The position numbers and the translations under genes are program-made. Positions 49,216 to 59,751 of a stretch of 64,000 nt of DNA are shown in pieces. Each line of letters starts with the position of its first letter. Position 1 is the stretch's first letter. This DNA is from a virus, in the IMG/VR virus record IMGVR_UViG_3300023245_000006, positions 1-64,000 of that record; one strand, 5' to 3'. A model generated the notes under the pieces. It was not told the DNA's origin, made no database searches, and worked only from the letters and a program-made list of their open reading frames with translations.

Positions 49216-50321
49216 GATTTTTTAAGGACTTGCCAAAAAATCTTTATGATTTGATCATGTGTTAAATTTTTTCCATCCAATTTAGAGAAACAAAAAGACG
49301 CTCTATTTGTTGGACCATATGATTCTATAATCATCTGGGCTTGTTCTTTTCTCGTTTTTAAATTTTTTATAGTTCTTACGAAATCATTAATATGATCTAA
49401 TATTCGATTCACTTCTTTTGCACCATCAGATAGTCTCGAAATTTGACCACGGAGTTGTTCTGCAATCTCATGATCGAAGCTAGTTTCGATCAGGTTGTAA
49501 AAACCTTGGTAATCAGGCATATCATTTTTGACATAGAATTGAATCAGGTTATTTTCAGAAGATAATTCGGACTTGATTCGATGTTTTACAAGGTAGGCAT
49601 CAGCTTTGGTTTTTTTCAAAACTTGACCATTATTTCCATAAATAACTATACCCTCACCCTTTGTCCATTTTTCTACATCGTTCACCATATCTTCGATGGA
49701 GGGAAACAAATAACGAGATGGTCGTTTAACCCCAAAAGAAATAGCCACATCATCTAATTTGTCTTGTATAATATACGTATAGTGTGGGTGTTCTACGATT
49801 CCGGTCAACCACAATTCGGGTTCCAAACTTTCACGCTCCACTATTATATTTACTGGAGAATACCATTCACATATAATAGAATATCCTTCACTATCCAACA
49901 AATCATTATCAAACAATCTAGGATATTTATCTTTGAGAATCGGTATTTCGTAACCGTTTTCCATCGTTGATTCGGCATCAACCGTTCCTCGGGTTCGCAC
50001 GATTAATTCTTTTTTAAATTTGGATATAATCAAAGCCGAACCATCCATCTTACGAATATATTCAATATCACCTTTAATATTTAAAGGTTCGAACTCTGGT
50101 TGCTCTGGTAAATTTGTAAATTTTCTATAAGATGCGCTCACGAGTTCGCCATCTTCGGTCCATATGGAACTTCTGAAATATTTGTTGGTTTCATCCCACT
50201 TGACACCAATTTGTCGGGGGAATATAAGTTTACACGTTGTATTTGATATAATACAATCTCGTATATAAAACTCTTCTTCTGATGGAAACCTGTCAATTTT
50301 CATACCGTCTATATTATCCAT
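49212..50321 (-). CDS. RNA ligase, T4 Rnl1-like
   Basis: KFTN, KMDGS, RTRG, EWYSP.NIIV, EGIV. Confidence 0.8.
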   Translation of the reverse strand: MDNIDGMKIDRFPSEEEFYIRDCIISNTTCKLIFPRQIGVKWDETNKYFRSSIWTEDGELVSASYRKFTNLPEQPEFEPLNIKGDIEYIRKMDGSALIISKFKKELIVRTRGTVDAESTMENGYEIPILKDKYPRLFDNDLLDSEGYSIICEWYSPVNIIVERESLEPELWLTGIVEHPHYTYIIQDKLDDVAISFGVKRPSRYLFPSIEDMVNDVEKWTKGEGIVIYGNNGQVLKKTKADAYLVKHRIKSELSSENNLIQFYVKNDMPDYQGFYNLIETSFDHEIAEQLRGQISRLSDGAKEVNRILDHINDFVRTIKNLKTRKEQAQMIIESYGPTNRASFCFSKLDGKNLTHDQIIKIFWQVLKKS

Positions 50322-50473
50322 TTTTATGGAATTGTCAATAAATATTTGAGATATTCGTGAATGTTCAGTATAATTATATATGGTTATGAAATTAATTATG
50401 AAAAATAAAATGTCTCTAGTTTCATAAAAAAGATATTATCAAAATTTGTTATAGTGTCAAGGACAATGTGATT

Positions 50474-51088
50474 TTAATGGTCTAAAACATCACACTTGTC
50501 ACAATCATCCATACGAGCAGAAATTTGATCACACGTATGAAGCAACCATGCAAGTTTCGTGTGTGGTGCAACAGGACTACCCCATTCTCTTCGACCATGA
50601 TGGGCAAGAATGGCATGTAAGATATCATCATGATGTTCTTTATATAGATCGTATTTATCAACAGCTTTACTCCAAACCAACCCAGATCGGCTAATGTGGT
50701 GAATTTCGCGTTTATGGTCGGTTCCTTCCCAACCACCACGATCAAATGGATTCATCATATCTAGGGTTTTGGGTATGCGAAATTTTCTACTATAATCCCA
50801 CATCTTACCAACATCATGAAATAATCCAGCCAAGATAATATGATCTGGTCTGATATTTAGATTGAGAACTTCCTTGGTTTTTAACATCAAAGTAATGACC
50901 TCAAATGTGTGCGTAGACAACCCATGATCACCATAATGGTGATGTTCTAGTTTAGCAGAACCACTCCAAATTCCGAAATTGGGAAGATCATTGAAGATGG
51001 CACTAGAAATCATAAAGATATCACCAGAATTACACTGTTCGCGGATCAATTTTTTGATGTCAGGTGTTTTATCGGTGTATTTATTCAT
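50474..51088 (-). CDS. HD-domain hydrolase, YhaM-like 3'-5' exoribonuclease
   Basis: HHHY..GL..H, FHDVGK, HHG..EWGSP, LH.CD. Confidence 0.82.
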   Translation of the reverse strand: MNKYTDKTPDIKKLIREQCNSGDIFMISSAIFNDLPNFGIWSGSAKLEHHHYGDHGLSTHTFEVITLMLKTKEVLNLNIRPDHIILAGLFHDVGKMWDYSRKFRIPKTLDMMNPFDRGGWEGTDHKREIHHISRSGLVWSKAVDKYDLYKEHHDDILHAILAHHGRREWGSPVAPHTKLAWLLHTCDQISARMDDCDKCDVLDH

Positions 51089-51185
51089 TTGTAATATATG
51101 TGATAAGATAGAGAGAAAAATTCTAAATGTTATGTTGACGAGGTTTTGCGAATTATAAAACAACTATTAATCCATTGCCATTATT

Positions 51186-51680
51186 TTAAAATGTAAATTT
51201 AACTTCTCCTGTATATCCTTTTAGGGCATGGACTGCTGCCAACTGAAATCCCGTCTGAGGCCAAGGTTTGGGTGGTGTATCTACCATCAACACTTCAACC
51301 AATCCAAAACCATTTTCTTGCATATCTCGAACCCTAGCTTTCATAAACCATGCATTTAGTAGAGCAAGAAAAACAATGTTGTTCGATACTTCCATAGACT
51401 TTTTCAAAAATTTCCTGAATTGTGACCATGGCGGGTTCGTAATGATCCAATCAACCTTATCATTAAATTCTAAGAAGTCAACACCTTTATCAATTTCACA
51501 CCAAATGGCATCATTTATACCATTTCTGGAAAATGCCCTCATAAAAGAGCCTTCACCCTTACATGGTTCTAAAATGAGTCCAGAAGGTTGAAAATGATCT
51601 ACGATACGGAAAGCCAGATCATCTGGTGTCCATACTTTATCGTTTCCACCCTTCGGTGCTAATGGTCTGCCTTTTTTCAT
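51186..51680 (-). CDS. Amino-DNA methyltransferase (N6-A/N4-C)
   Basis: ILEPCKGEG, DFL, ITNPPW. Confidence 0.82.
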   Translation of the reverse strand: MKKGRPLAPKGGNDKVWTPDDLAFRIVDHFQPSGLILEPCKGEGSFMRAFSRNGINDAIWCEIDKGVDFLEFNDKVDWIITNPPWSQFRKFLKKSMEVSNNIVFLALLNAWFMKARVRDMQENGFGLVEVLMVDTPPKPWPQTGFQLAAVHALKGYTGEVKFTF

Positions 51681-51681
51681 A

Positions 51682-52545
51682 TTACTTCAAACAATTGTTG
51701 TAGTCCACTCGGGAAAAGTTAGGAACTCCGAGTCCGGTTAGATTGTTATAGAGGAATGTCACCGTCTTACCGATCCATTGATCTTTATCGTCCAAGAATT
51801 TTTTAGCCTCTTCTTGGGTTCCTTTGAACGAAGCATCAAATTCTTTTCCGTTCCATTTAAGAGTAATGACCTTACCCATCCCTGCCCAATTTCCGGTCCC
51901 TTCTTTGATATCTAAGATTTCGGCTTCTGAATCATCTGTCTGCTTCATTTTGAGAAGATTTGCAGATCGTTTGTTTTCATAAGGTGCATTAAGTAACCTA
52001 ATGATTGATCCTTCTTCACCATCCTCAACCAATTTTCCAAAATGCTTATAGATGTCTTCAAGGTTGTTACACATGACATTCTGAACCAATTTGATATAAG
52101 GAGTCGTTTCGAGTTCGATACTGATCCGAGCATATCTCGACATGTAAATAGATTCTTTGGTAACATTTCCTATATTGTATCCATCGTAAACAAAGAACCG
52201 AACCCGTTGTTCACTGTTCTTCAAATGTTCTGGTGTGATATGGACACTCCGACGAATCAATTTCATCGTTTCGTTCAATTTATCTTTGAGACCATCACCC
52301 ATCAATTCACCATCTAAAACCGCATCGGGATATACCGCGAAGAATCCTTTCAAAGCATCTTCGATATGAGGCACTGTCATATACTTTTCACCCTTACGAG
52401 TGTATAGACCTTCTTTGGTTGCAATGCCGCGACAATTATGTGCTAAAATGCCATTAGCATAAAAGTTATGATTTCCTACGATTTCTAAATCGTATCGATT
52501 TTGCGGTGGTATCTTTTTTATAGATTTAATTTTTACAGTTTTCAT
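51682..52545 (-). CDS. ATP-dependent DNA ligase C-terminal half preceded by a 37-aa C-intein
   Basis: MKTVKIKSIKK...YDLEI.GNHNFYANGILAHN|CR; LDGEL, VYD, EGSIIR, YENKRS..LLKMK, OB fold. Confidence 0.9.
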   Translation of the reverse strand: MKTVKIKSIKKIPPQNRYDLEIVGNHNFYANGILAHNCRGIATKEGLYTRKGEKYMTVPHIEDALKGFFAVYPDAVLDGELMGDGLKDKLNETMKLIRRSVHITPEHLKNSEQRVRFFVYDGYNIGNVTKESIYMSRYARISIELETTPYIKLVQNVMCNNLEDIYKHFGKLVEDGEEGSIIRLLNAPYENKRSANLLKMKQTDDSEAEILDIKEGTGNWAGMGKVITLKWNGKEFDASFKGTQEEAKKFLDDKDQWIGKTVTFLYNNLTGLGVPNFSRVDYNNCLK

Positions 52546-53419
52546 TTATAATTTTCTTTATTTTATCTGGATTTTTTCGAATGTCAAGCTCCCATAAAAC
52601 AATCACTTTATATCCAAAATCTTCTATGTGATGAATTCGTATTTTATCCTTTTTTCGAATCTCTCTCGCCGTTTTATTTCCACCCCAAATCGGAATTATA
52701 TCCGTTGCTTTATATATTTTGGGATTTCCATGCCAGATATCACCATTTATCTCTATAACAATCTTTTTAGATTCTATCAATATGTCCGGTCTGGGACAAA
52801 ACTCTCGATTCAATTTTTTATTAAATTTAAAGAATCTATGTTGTGGTTCATATTCGAATTCTATGTTCAATTCTTTTAACATATCCTCTACGATAATTTG
52901 TAACTTGCTTCTATATCCGCTATGTTTTGGACGATTTGGAAGATAATTTGGGTTTGTGACTCCATATTTTGTCATCAGAGTCTCTTTACTTTTTTCTTTC
53001 GTCGATTCTAACTGAAACACGTTCGCAATATTATACCTATTCTTTACTGTTTTATTCCTTTTTTTATAAAATCTGGAATTTTTCGACATAGGATGTTCCA
53101 TACCATATCTCGTATCACATGTTTCTTTAAATTTGTTGCGAACTTTGGGATTATTGGCAGAATCTACCATGGTCGGTGTATCTATTCCATAAGTTTTACA
53201 ACGATATATGATCGCCGCCGCAGACATTTTTATACCCCTCGGTTGAAGAATATTCTGGGCGATGAAATTCATACTAAATTTATGGAAATTCACGACTTCG
53301 TCCAAAAATTCTTTCGAGATTATCCCTTTTAAATATTTTCTTCGAGTCCAGTCATTTGGATGTCGAGATATAATCTCCATATCTATTTTCATTTTTTTAA
53401 ATTTTTCTAAATGGTTCAC
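52526..53419 (-). CDS. Free-standing Vsr/DUF559-like homing endonuclease between the split-intein halves
   Basis: RYG..P repeats, PDI...IEINGDIWHG, D..R...GYKVIVLWE. Confidence 0.85.
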   Translation of the reverse strand: MNHLEKFKKMKIDMEIISRHPNDWTRRKYLKGIISKEFLDEVVNFHKFSMNFIAQNILQPRGIKMSAAAIIYRCKTYGIDTPTMVDSANNPKVRNKFKETCDTRYGMEHPMSKNSRFYKKRNKTVKNRYNIANVFQLESTKEKSKETLMTKYGVTNPNYLPNRPKHSGYRSKLQIIVEDMLKELNIEFEYEPQHRFFKFNKKLNREFCPRPDILIESKKIVIEINGDIWHGNPKIYKATDIIPIWGGNKTAREIRKKDKIRIHHIEDFGYKVIVLWELDIRKNPDKIKKIINENCKN

Positions 53420-53451
53420 ATATATACTTACACATAAAATACAATGGTTTG

Positions 53452-54126
53452 TTATTTTTTTAATGCCAATACATCGCTATCCTTTATTTGATCGACCCGT
53501 CTCCAACACTTTAATCTTGGTAGATATAGCCTATGATTACCCGTGACCTGTATTTTTTTACCATTCATCAATTCTATTTCGAACCAATCGGGATTTTGTT
53601 CCTTTTCATCGAAACAATCTTTAAACCCCATTTTAATCGGTTTAAATTCGGTTTTCCTACTTACCATATTATAAGTCAAAACTTCACAATCGATATTATT
53701 CTCAACGATATCACCGATATTAATATCTCCTAGATTTGTAGTAATTTTTGTATCATAGGCAAAACATCCATTATACTTCACCTGTGAGACGCATGGATAA
53801 GTAATCTTTTTGATACGATCCTTGAAGTTCTTGGCAAGCATAGGCTCGACGAATGACATCTTACCAATATCATCGATATTTTCAAAATACCCACCCGATT
53901 TCTTTTTCTTTTTCCACATGGCTTCGGCTTCGAATAGTGCCTGTGCTTCGGGATCGCGTTGATTGGCTCGACCAGCATTGGTCATAACCGTATCGGTCCA
54001 TGCTGCCTCGACGATCTTTCCATCTTTCTGACCATAACGGGTGGTGAAAGATCCACCATCAACAATAACCTCCCATTGTTGAATTGCACCAGTCGAAGTG
54101 AGTGAATATAGAATAGGTAATTTCAT
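53452..54126 (-). CDS. ATP-dependent DNA ligase N-terminal half (120 aa) followed by a 104-aa N-intein
   Basis: PMLA, adenylation motif QVKYNG|CFAYDTKI, block B TGNH. Confidence 0.9.
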   Translation of the reverse strand: MKLPILYSLTSTGAIQQWEVIVDGGSFTTRYGQKDGKIVEAAWTDTVMTNAGRANQRDPEAQALFEAEAMWKKKKKSGGYFENIDDIGKMSFVEPMLAKNFKDRIKKITYPCVSQVKYNGCFAYDTKITTNLGDINIGDIVENNIDCEVLTYNMVSRKTEFKPIKMGFKDCFDEKEQNPDWFEIELMNGKKIQVTGNHRLYLPRLKCWRRVDQIKDSDVLALKK

Positions 54127-54147
54127 GATGTGACTATATCCAATTTT

Positions 54148-54792
54148 TTAAGAAAGGTCGACCCTTTTCTTCAAAAGTTCATCAACCAAATTTCGCAAGG
54201 CATCATAAGCACATTTCAAACCAGCACGATCATCGAGAAGGATGTTGAAATAAATCTTACTACGACTCCAATCATGGCTCTTTACAGGATGCCAATCGAT
54301 CAGATCTTCGTTGATACCATCAATCACGATTCCGAGCTTATTACATTCCATATGGATAGCTATATGACGTTCTTTCGAAGATCCACTAAAGATCACGATT
54401 CTAAAACCTAGTGCATTACAATCTTTCATTAGTGCAACGAGTTTAGGAAATTTATATCCTTTTTTGTGATAGTCGAATAAAGTCGAGTCAAAATCACATG
54501 CAATAATAAGTTTCTTATGTTTATTATATTCATCTTGAAGTCTATTGAAAACATGATGTGGTTCCATGAATGGATCATTCATAAAATTTTCAGGTTGATT
54601 CTCAATTTCCCATATACGCTGTTCTCTGTCTTCTGTTTGTGTTGATATCATGATTGGTTTAATTTTAATAGTAAATTTTGTGTGTCGCTGACTTGAAACA
54701 ATTCTTTTCATGATCGATATCAAAAACTTGTTATAATTTCTCTGGATTATTTCTTTGCATCGTAAGGGCTTGATATAAACTTCACGCTCCAA
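54148..54792 (-). CDS. HAD-superfamily phosphatase-like protein (true start probably internal)
   Basis: IACDFDSTL, FSGS, K...LDDRAG. Confidence 0.7.
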   Translation of the reverse strand: MEREVYIKPLRCKEIIQRNYNKFLISIMKRIVSSQRHTKFTIKIKPIMISTQTEDREQRIWEIENQPENFMNDPFMEPHHVFNRLQDEYNKHKKLIIACDFDSTLFDYHKKGYKFPKLVALMKDCNALGFRIVIFSGSSKERHIAIHMECNKLGIVIDGINEDLIDWHPVKSHDWSRSKIYFNILLDDRAGLKCAYDALRNLVDELLKKRVDLS

Positions 54793-55793
54793 TTCTTACC
54801 CAAAACGTTAGACCTGATAGGCTCTACAGTTTTAAGGACAAGACCTTCACCATCGGTCTTACCGTTGTCGTATTTAACACTATCGGCAATAATTTGCAAT
54901 TCTTCGAGGGAAGGCATGTCTTCGACTTTGAAACGGAATAATTCTTCTACAGGTTGCAAGTAATCGCTACGCATACAAAACTCCAACACATCATCCCAAG
55001 AAAACCAATTTCCACCATCAAGATTTTTGATTCCAAAGATAAACATATGTTGTCCTTTAAGGTTCATTTTATTTCCTTGAATACCTTCACCACAGATTTC
55101 TGATTGAATGGCCAAATTCCGACCATCCAATTTGAGAGTGTCTTCGATCTTGTATTTTTCGGCCATCTTCCAAAAGGTGTTGTTTTCATCCTTTTTAAGT
55201 TCAAGGTTACGAGAACAAACACGCAAATGATTTCCTTGGATAGTTCCGTACCAATTAAAAAACGTTCCCGAAGAACCATCACACTTAGTTGTGGCTACGA
55301 GTTCTTGTCCTTGGAACCTATCTTCTTTCAATTCCAAGATTGCATCTGGGTTACTTCGGTAGTTATCTTCATCCGTTTTCGAAACGATGAAAGTTGGGAA
55401 ATCGCCAAGAGCGATTCCGGCTAATTGTGATGACATCGGTGTTTCATATTTTTCGATGTTTAGATATTCTGCAACATCCATTCCCTCTTCCAAAACCAAT
55501 CCATCATTGAGAACCTCAAATCCCAATACGGATGCTGGGAGAACTAGACCAGCGGAAAACTGCCCCCGCATTTTCATGGTTTTGAGACGAATTCTTTCAT
55601 TTCCTTCATACGTTGAATCGATAAGTTTCTTATCGATTAGGGTATCGGGAAATACAAAAATAACAGTATCTCCAACTTTATGTAGACCTTTTCTAACCAC
55701 GCAATACCACCCCAATACAAGCGAACGTTCGATAAAATCCGAATTTGGGATGGGGGTTAATTCTAAAATTTTGGTGACTTGTGTTAATTTCAT
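54747..55793 (-). CDS. RNA ligase, DRB0094/Rnl2-like family
   Basis: PIPNSDFIE...GW.CVV.KG, RGQFSAGL, KTDE, KCDGSS, CSRN, E.CGEGIQGN, EGLV. Confidence 0.88.
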   Translation of the reverse strand: MKLTQVTKILELTPIPNSDFIERSLVLGWYCVVRKGLHKVGDTVIFVFPDTLIDKKLIDSTYEGNERIRLKTMKMRGQFSAGLVLPASVLGFEVLNDGLVLEEGMDVAEYLNIEKYETPMSSQLAGIALGDFPTFIVSKTDEDNYRSNPDAILELKEDRFQGQELVATTKCDGSSGTFFNWYGTIQGNHLRVCSRNLELKKDENNTFWKMAEKYKIEDTLKLDGRNLAIQSEICGEGIQGNKMNLKGQHMFIFGIKNLDGGNWFSWDDVLEFCMRSDYLQPVEELFRFKVEDMPSLEELQIIADSVKYDNGKTDGEGLVLKTVEPIRSNVLGKNWSVKFISSPYDAKK

Positions 55794-55823
55794 GACCTGA
55801 CTATATCTAAATTTATAAAAATG

Positions 55824-56501
55824 TCAAATACTAATCACCGAATAATCAGACAAAGTTTTAAAACCTTCATTTCGAAGGATTTCCGCCGATGCATCATTGT
55901 GGTGATATGTGTAAAAATTCTTATGATCTTTATATTCCAAAAGTTCTTGGTAATAACAATGCACACCATTATTAAATGTGGAAGCATCATGAAAAACCGT
56001 GGTTCCTTTACTTAATGATGTCGATAAAAAGGATAACGGTTTTCCAATATCACCAGAAAATGTTAAGATGTTGTCACCTTCAAATAAAAAAGCCCCGCTA
56101 GAATTTACACCCTTGATATGTTCAGAATCTGTAGAAAATGTTATGATGTCAGGATCTCCCAAAGATCGGTATTCAACATTTCTTTGCATACCGCCCATAT
56201 ATAAAATATTTTCGACATCTTGCATAACGGTATTACTAGCCACAATTTGAATCGGTTTCTGGGGTTTGGTGCAAAACCATCTATAGTAAATTAATGATTC
56301 AAGACTTCCAACATGGTCAGCATTAACATGGGTGATATAAATCAAATCGATCTTATCAACCCATCCAGTTTTAATCAATTTAGGAAAAACATCCCAACCA
56401 CAATCAACCAATATAGTCTTACCATTCGTTTCAACGATAAAAGAAGAATTCCCTTCATAAACATCAAAAGCACCACCGTAACCTAGTGTATGTATTTTCA
56501 T
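55824..56501 (-). CDS. Metallo-beta-lactamase-fold hydrolase (RNase Z-like)
   Basis: LG.GGAF, LVDCG, THVNADHVG, FSGD, HDA, YHH. Confidence 0.82.
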   Translation of the reverse strand: MKIHTLGYGGAFDVYEGNSSFIVETNGKTILVDCGWDVFPKLIKTGWVDKIDLIYITHVNADHVGSLESLIYYRWFCTKPQKPIQIVASNTVMQDVENILYMGGMQRNVEYRSLGDPDIITFSTDSEHIKGVNSSGAFLFEGDNILTFSGDIGKPLSFLSTSLSKGTTVFHDASTFNNGVHCYYQELLEYKDHKNFYTYHHNDASAEILRNEGFKTLSDYSVISI

Positions 56502-56866
56502 AGAACTTCCTCTAAAATTCTCCAACTTTTAAATGTATTAAAATCTACAGACACTTCTATAGGTTTACCAATTAATTGATCAACCGTAGAACATTTGGCA
56601 TCGTTTAAAATCTGACTGACTTCTTTACACATATTAGCCATGGATTTTGATCGATCATCCTCGTCCCATTTTGTATATTTGGTGACATCGATATTAGAAT
56701 AGTCCCAACCACCGTCAACAAATGTTGATCCATCACCACCTTTGATACTGAAAGATATATTAAGTCCCATTTGAACATCTTGATATCCGCCCAGACCAAA
56801 TTTAGCCGATGTTATTTTTCCAAGATTTTTCTCGAAATCGTCGTGTTGTTTTGATTTATATTCCAT
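56498..56866 (-). CDS. Hypothetical protein
   Basis: Coupled ORF; GKI...FG.GGYQD motif. Confidence 0.6.
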   Translation of the reverse strand: MEYKSKQHDDFEKNLGKITSAKFGLGGYQDVQMGLNISFSIKGGDGSTFVDGGWDYSNIDVTKYTKWDEDDRSKSMANMCKEVSQILNDAKCSTVDQLIGKPIEVSVDFNTFKSWRILEEVL

Positions 56867-56956
56867 ATTATTTAAACCAAAGAAGAATTCCAGCCCAGAA
56901 CAAAAATCCCATACTTATTAAGATAAGTGCGATCACATCACTCATAGTTCCAATTT

Positions 56957-58342
56957 TCATTGAGAAATCTGTGGTGCCCTGTTGGACAACAACGATTCCA
57001 TTGGTTTTTGAGCCTGACGGACTATAAGCTCGTCAGTGGGAGGACTGGAACTGTTCCAATAGAACCCGGAACGGTTCCAGTGTTGCTCCCGAGCAGCCTT
57101 CGGCAATAAAGGAAGGTCAAGGCTAATGTTCACGGAGCCATTCATATCTGCATTCTGTGCGTTTCCGCACCCTTTGCAAACGAACTGTTCTCCGCGTCTA
57201 TTAGCCTTCTGCACCCATCCGCAGCACGAACATCGCTGGCTGGTAAACATCGGATTTACCTCAGACACTTGGACGCCAAGTGATTGAGCCTTTTGTTTAA
57301 CGGCGTTTAGTAGCTTTGTTGCGCTCCAGTGAGAAAGTGATTTTGAGGTTCGGCGACCTCGCTTTAGATGTTTGATGCGTTCCACGCGAACAGACGCGAC
57401 TCCCGTGAAATTGAGCCGATTTACGGATTCGCCCACGAAGTTTCGGCAGTGTGATTCGGCGCGTTTAAAGCCGTCACTCCCGCGCTTGCATCGCGCCATC
57501 TTATTGTTTATATCTTTGAGGGACCATCCGTGGTTTCCCGTTTTGATCTGTGAACCATCACTCACCGAAAAGATGGACGTTTGCCCGATGTCAATGCCTA
57601 TTGCGGGAACAATTCCTATTGCGGGAACAACTCCTATTGAGGAAAGAGTCAATTCCGCAGGTTGCGGCTCTGGAATCTCAAAGGATAACGAGACCTCTGT
57701 TTTGGACATTCGAACGCTATTGAGGCGCGTTCCAGTCTCTTGTATGGAGTTAAAATGCTTGTGGTAATTTAGAGGAATTAGCAACTTCTCGCCGCGAATG
57801 CCCGTTGGGCCTCCTACAACCTTGGTGTCTTTTACGCCCGTGGTGTCCTTTGTGCCCTTGGCACCCCTCAAACTCTTGATCGTAAGCCACGCATCAAAAC
57901 TCGTTGAAATAGAAGGGTTTAGATCGAAGAATCTGCTATCTAGTTGAGCCTCAACGTGATTCGTTGCTGGACAAGAGACCTTGTTTTTTTCAATGATTGC
58001 TCGCAGAACCCGTGCCTTCTTGTGTTGCCCTGCTTTTTCAAACTCCTTTACTTGCCATTCTCTGCGCTTATTCTTCGCAAGACTGCCATTGGCAATGCCA
58101 CTAGATTGTTTCGCGGCACACTGAATTGCTCTCGCAGAAAGCCAAGTTTGAACGTTCGTAATCTCGCCGCTAGGCATCTGTTGTACTTGCTTCCCATCGT
58201 TCAGCTCGTGCCAAAACCGCCCCACGAATTCTGTCACGACGCGTGCATATTCGTCTAGGAATTCAGCAACCTTTTCGCTTTTATGAGCGTTAGCGAATTT
58301 AAGCGTTAGCCGAGACGAACGGATGTTGCGTTTTTTCTTCAT
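56957..58342 (-). mobile_element. tnpB: Solo TnpB RNA-guided endonuclease (461 aa); no transposase nearby; higher GC than its flanks
   Basis: IGIDIG, VRVERI, FTSQRCSCCG, FVCKGCG, NADMNGSVNI; D-E-D triad intact. Confidence 0.88.
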
Positions 58343-58676
58343 GGACTTCTAATAATTACACTTAAATCTCAGTTATTCCACATTTTTTCACGAAAAGTGA
58401 AGCTGCTGAACGATACCGAGAAGAAGTAAAAAAAAATGAACCAATATATAAGTTTCCATATATGTTATATTACCAGTTTTTCGGAAATTGTCAATGACTA
58501 TTTAAAATTATCGCAACCCCATCAGGTGTATAAATTCCATCAATTTAAAATTCCGTATGGTGCGTAGGGCTTTATTATAATCTTCGATTGTAAGAGTTAG
58601 ATATCTATTACCGTATTGGTCGTACATACCATTTTCATCTGGCTTAATTTGTTCTAGTTCGTTCATATTATTATAT

Positions 58677-59111
58677 TTAGTCTTTCAAACTTCGTGATTT
58701 TTGTTTGCATTGGTTTATTCCTTTGGTTGATAAAATCGTGATATGAAAATATGCAAATCCATCGGTTTTTTTCAAGATCCCTAGATCCTTGGCAATAGTC
58801 TCGCACTCGGTCGAAAAAATATTTAACCAGAAGTTCAAGAATCCCTTTTCAAACCCACCATAATTACCCGAAACGTCATAGTCAAACCAAATCTCTTTAC
58901 CGTTCAATTTTTTATATTTCGAACAGTTGGTTCCTTTATGGTGTTTCGGGTTACAGATGCCTATGTGTGCCCCGTAACGAGGCGTCTGGTTCTTGATAGT
59001 GTCCCAATGAGCCTTGTTGAAAAGGGCGCGATAGTATCGACAAAAATCAAGATCGGTTGTGATCTTGATAAAGTCTTTTCCCACTAAAAATTTTCCCTTT
59101 GCTCTTAACAT
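58677..59111 (-). CDS. Hypothetical protein, candidate 2H phosphoesterase
   Basis: Two spaced His motifs, AHIGI and FHITI. Confidence 0.5.
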   Translation of the reverse strand: MLRAKGKFLVGKDFIKITTDLDFCRYYRALFNKAHWDTIKNQTPRYGAHIGICNPKHHKGTNCSKYKKLNGKEIWFDYDVSGNYGGFEKGFLNFWLNIFSTECETIAKDLGILKKTDGFAYFHITILSTKGINQCKQKSRSLKD

Positions 59112-59154
59112 TCCCGAAATATATATAAACCATGTAGGTTAGTCAAGAAAATCA

Positions 59155-59736
59155 TCATTTTGATTTATAATATTTAGAAAACTTTTTAATCGGGCATTTA
59201 CAAAATACATTCAAACTACAGTCATCACAATCGCGATTTTTTAGAAAAATATCAGGACGGATGCAATTTGATTTGGTTTCTTTTTCACAGGCCTCTCGAT
59301 TTTTTGATAGATCGATTATTACGGTCTTTTTATGGAGATCAATTACTGGTAAATTTTTCCGAATTTCATCGGCCCTTATATCCATCTCTTCGCGAGTCAT
59401 AATATTTACAATTTTAGGTAAATAAACTTCGTTTTCCTTTTTCTCTTTTTTAACAATTTCTTTAATTCGATCCTTTTCGAATTTAACACACATTTTACAA
59501 TTTGTGGTAGTCAGGATGGTTGAGATGTTAGAACCAATCAGAAGTTTCTTAACCTTTTGGGGCGACATACTAGCCCTCTGCATTTTACACTCACAACAAT
59601 AAATTTCTATGTATGGGAGTTTTCCATGGCTTTCATAAAATGAAAGCCATTTCTTCATATCCTCAAATTGTTTAGGTTTTGGTAGTTTGAGTTTTTTCTT
59701 GGTATGTTTCATGACAGTATTTATCAACATTAACAC
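59155..59736 (-). CDS. Cys-rich basic hypothetical protein
   Basis: Several CxxC pairs; ATAAATA motif just before the internal MKHTKK start. Confidence 0.6.
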   Translation of the reverse strand: MLMLINTVMKHTKKKLKLPKPKQFEDMKKWLSFYESHGKLPYIEIYCCECKMQRASMSPQKVKKLLIGSNISTILTTTNCKMCVKFEKDRIKEIVKKEKKENEVYLPKIVNIMTREEMDIRADEIRKNLPVIDLHKKTVIIDLSKNREACEKETKSNCIRPDIFLKNRDCDDCSLNVFCKCPIKKFSKYYKSK

Positions 59737-59751
59737 CAGATTCGAAAAATA

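Noticed and set aside
52526-53419. Group I intron interrupting the ligase
   Set aside because: The flanks encode intein N and C halves with their own stop and start codons, and the gaps leave no room for a ribozyme core.
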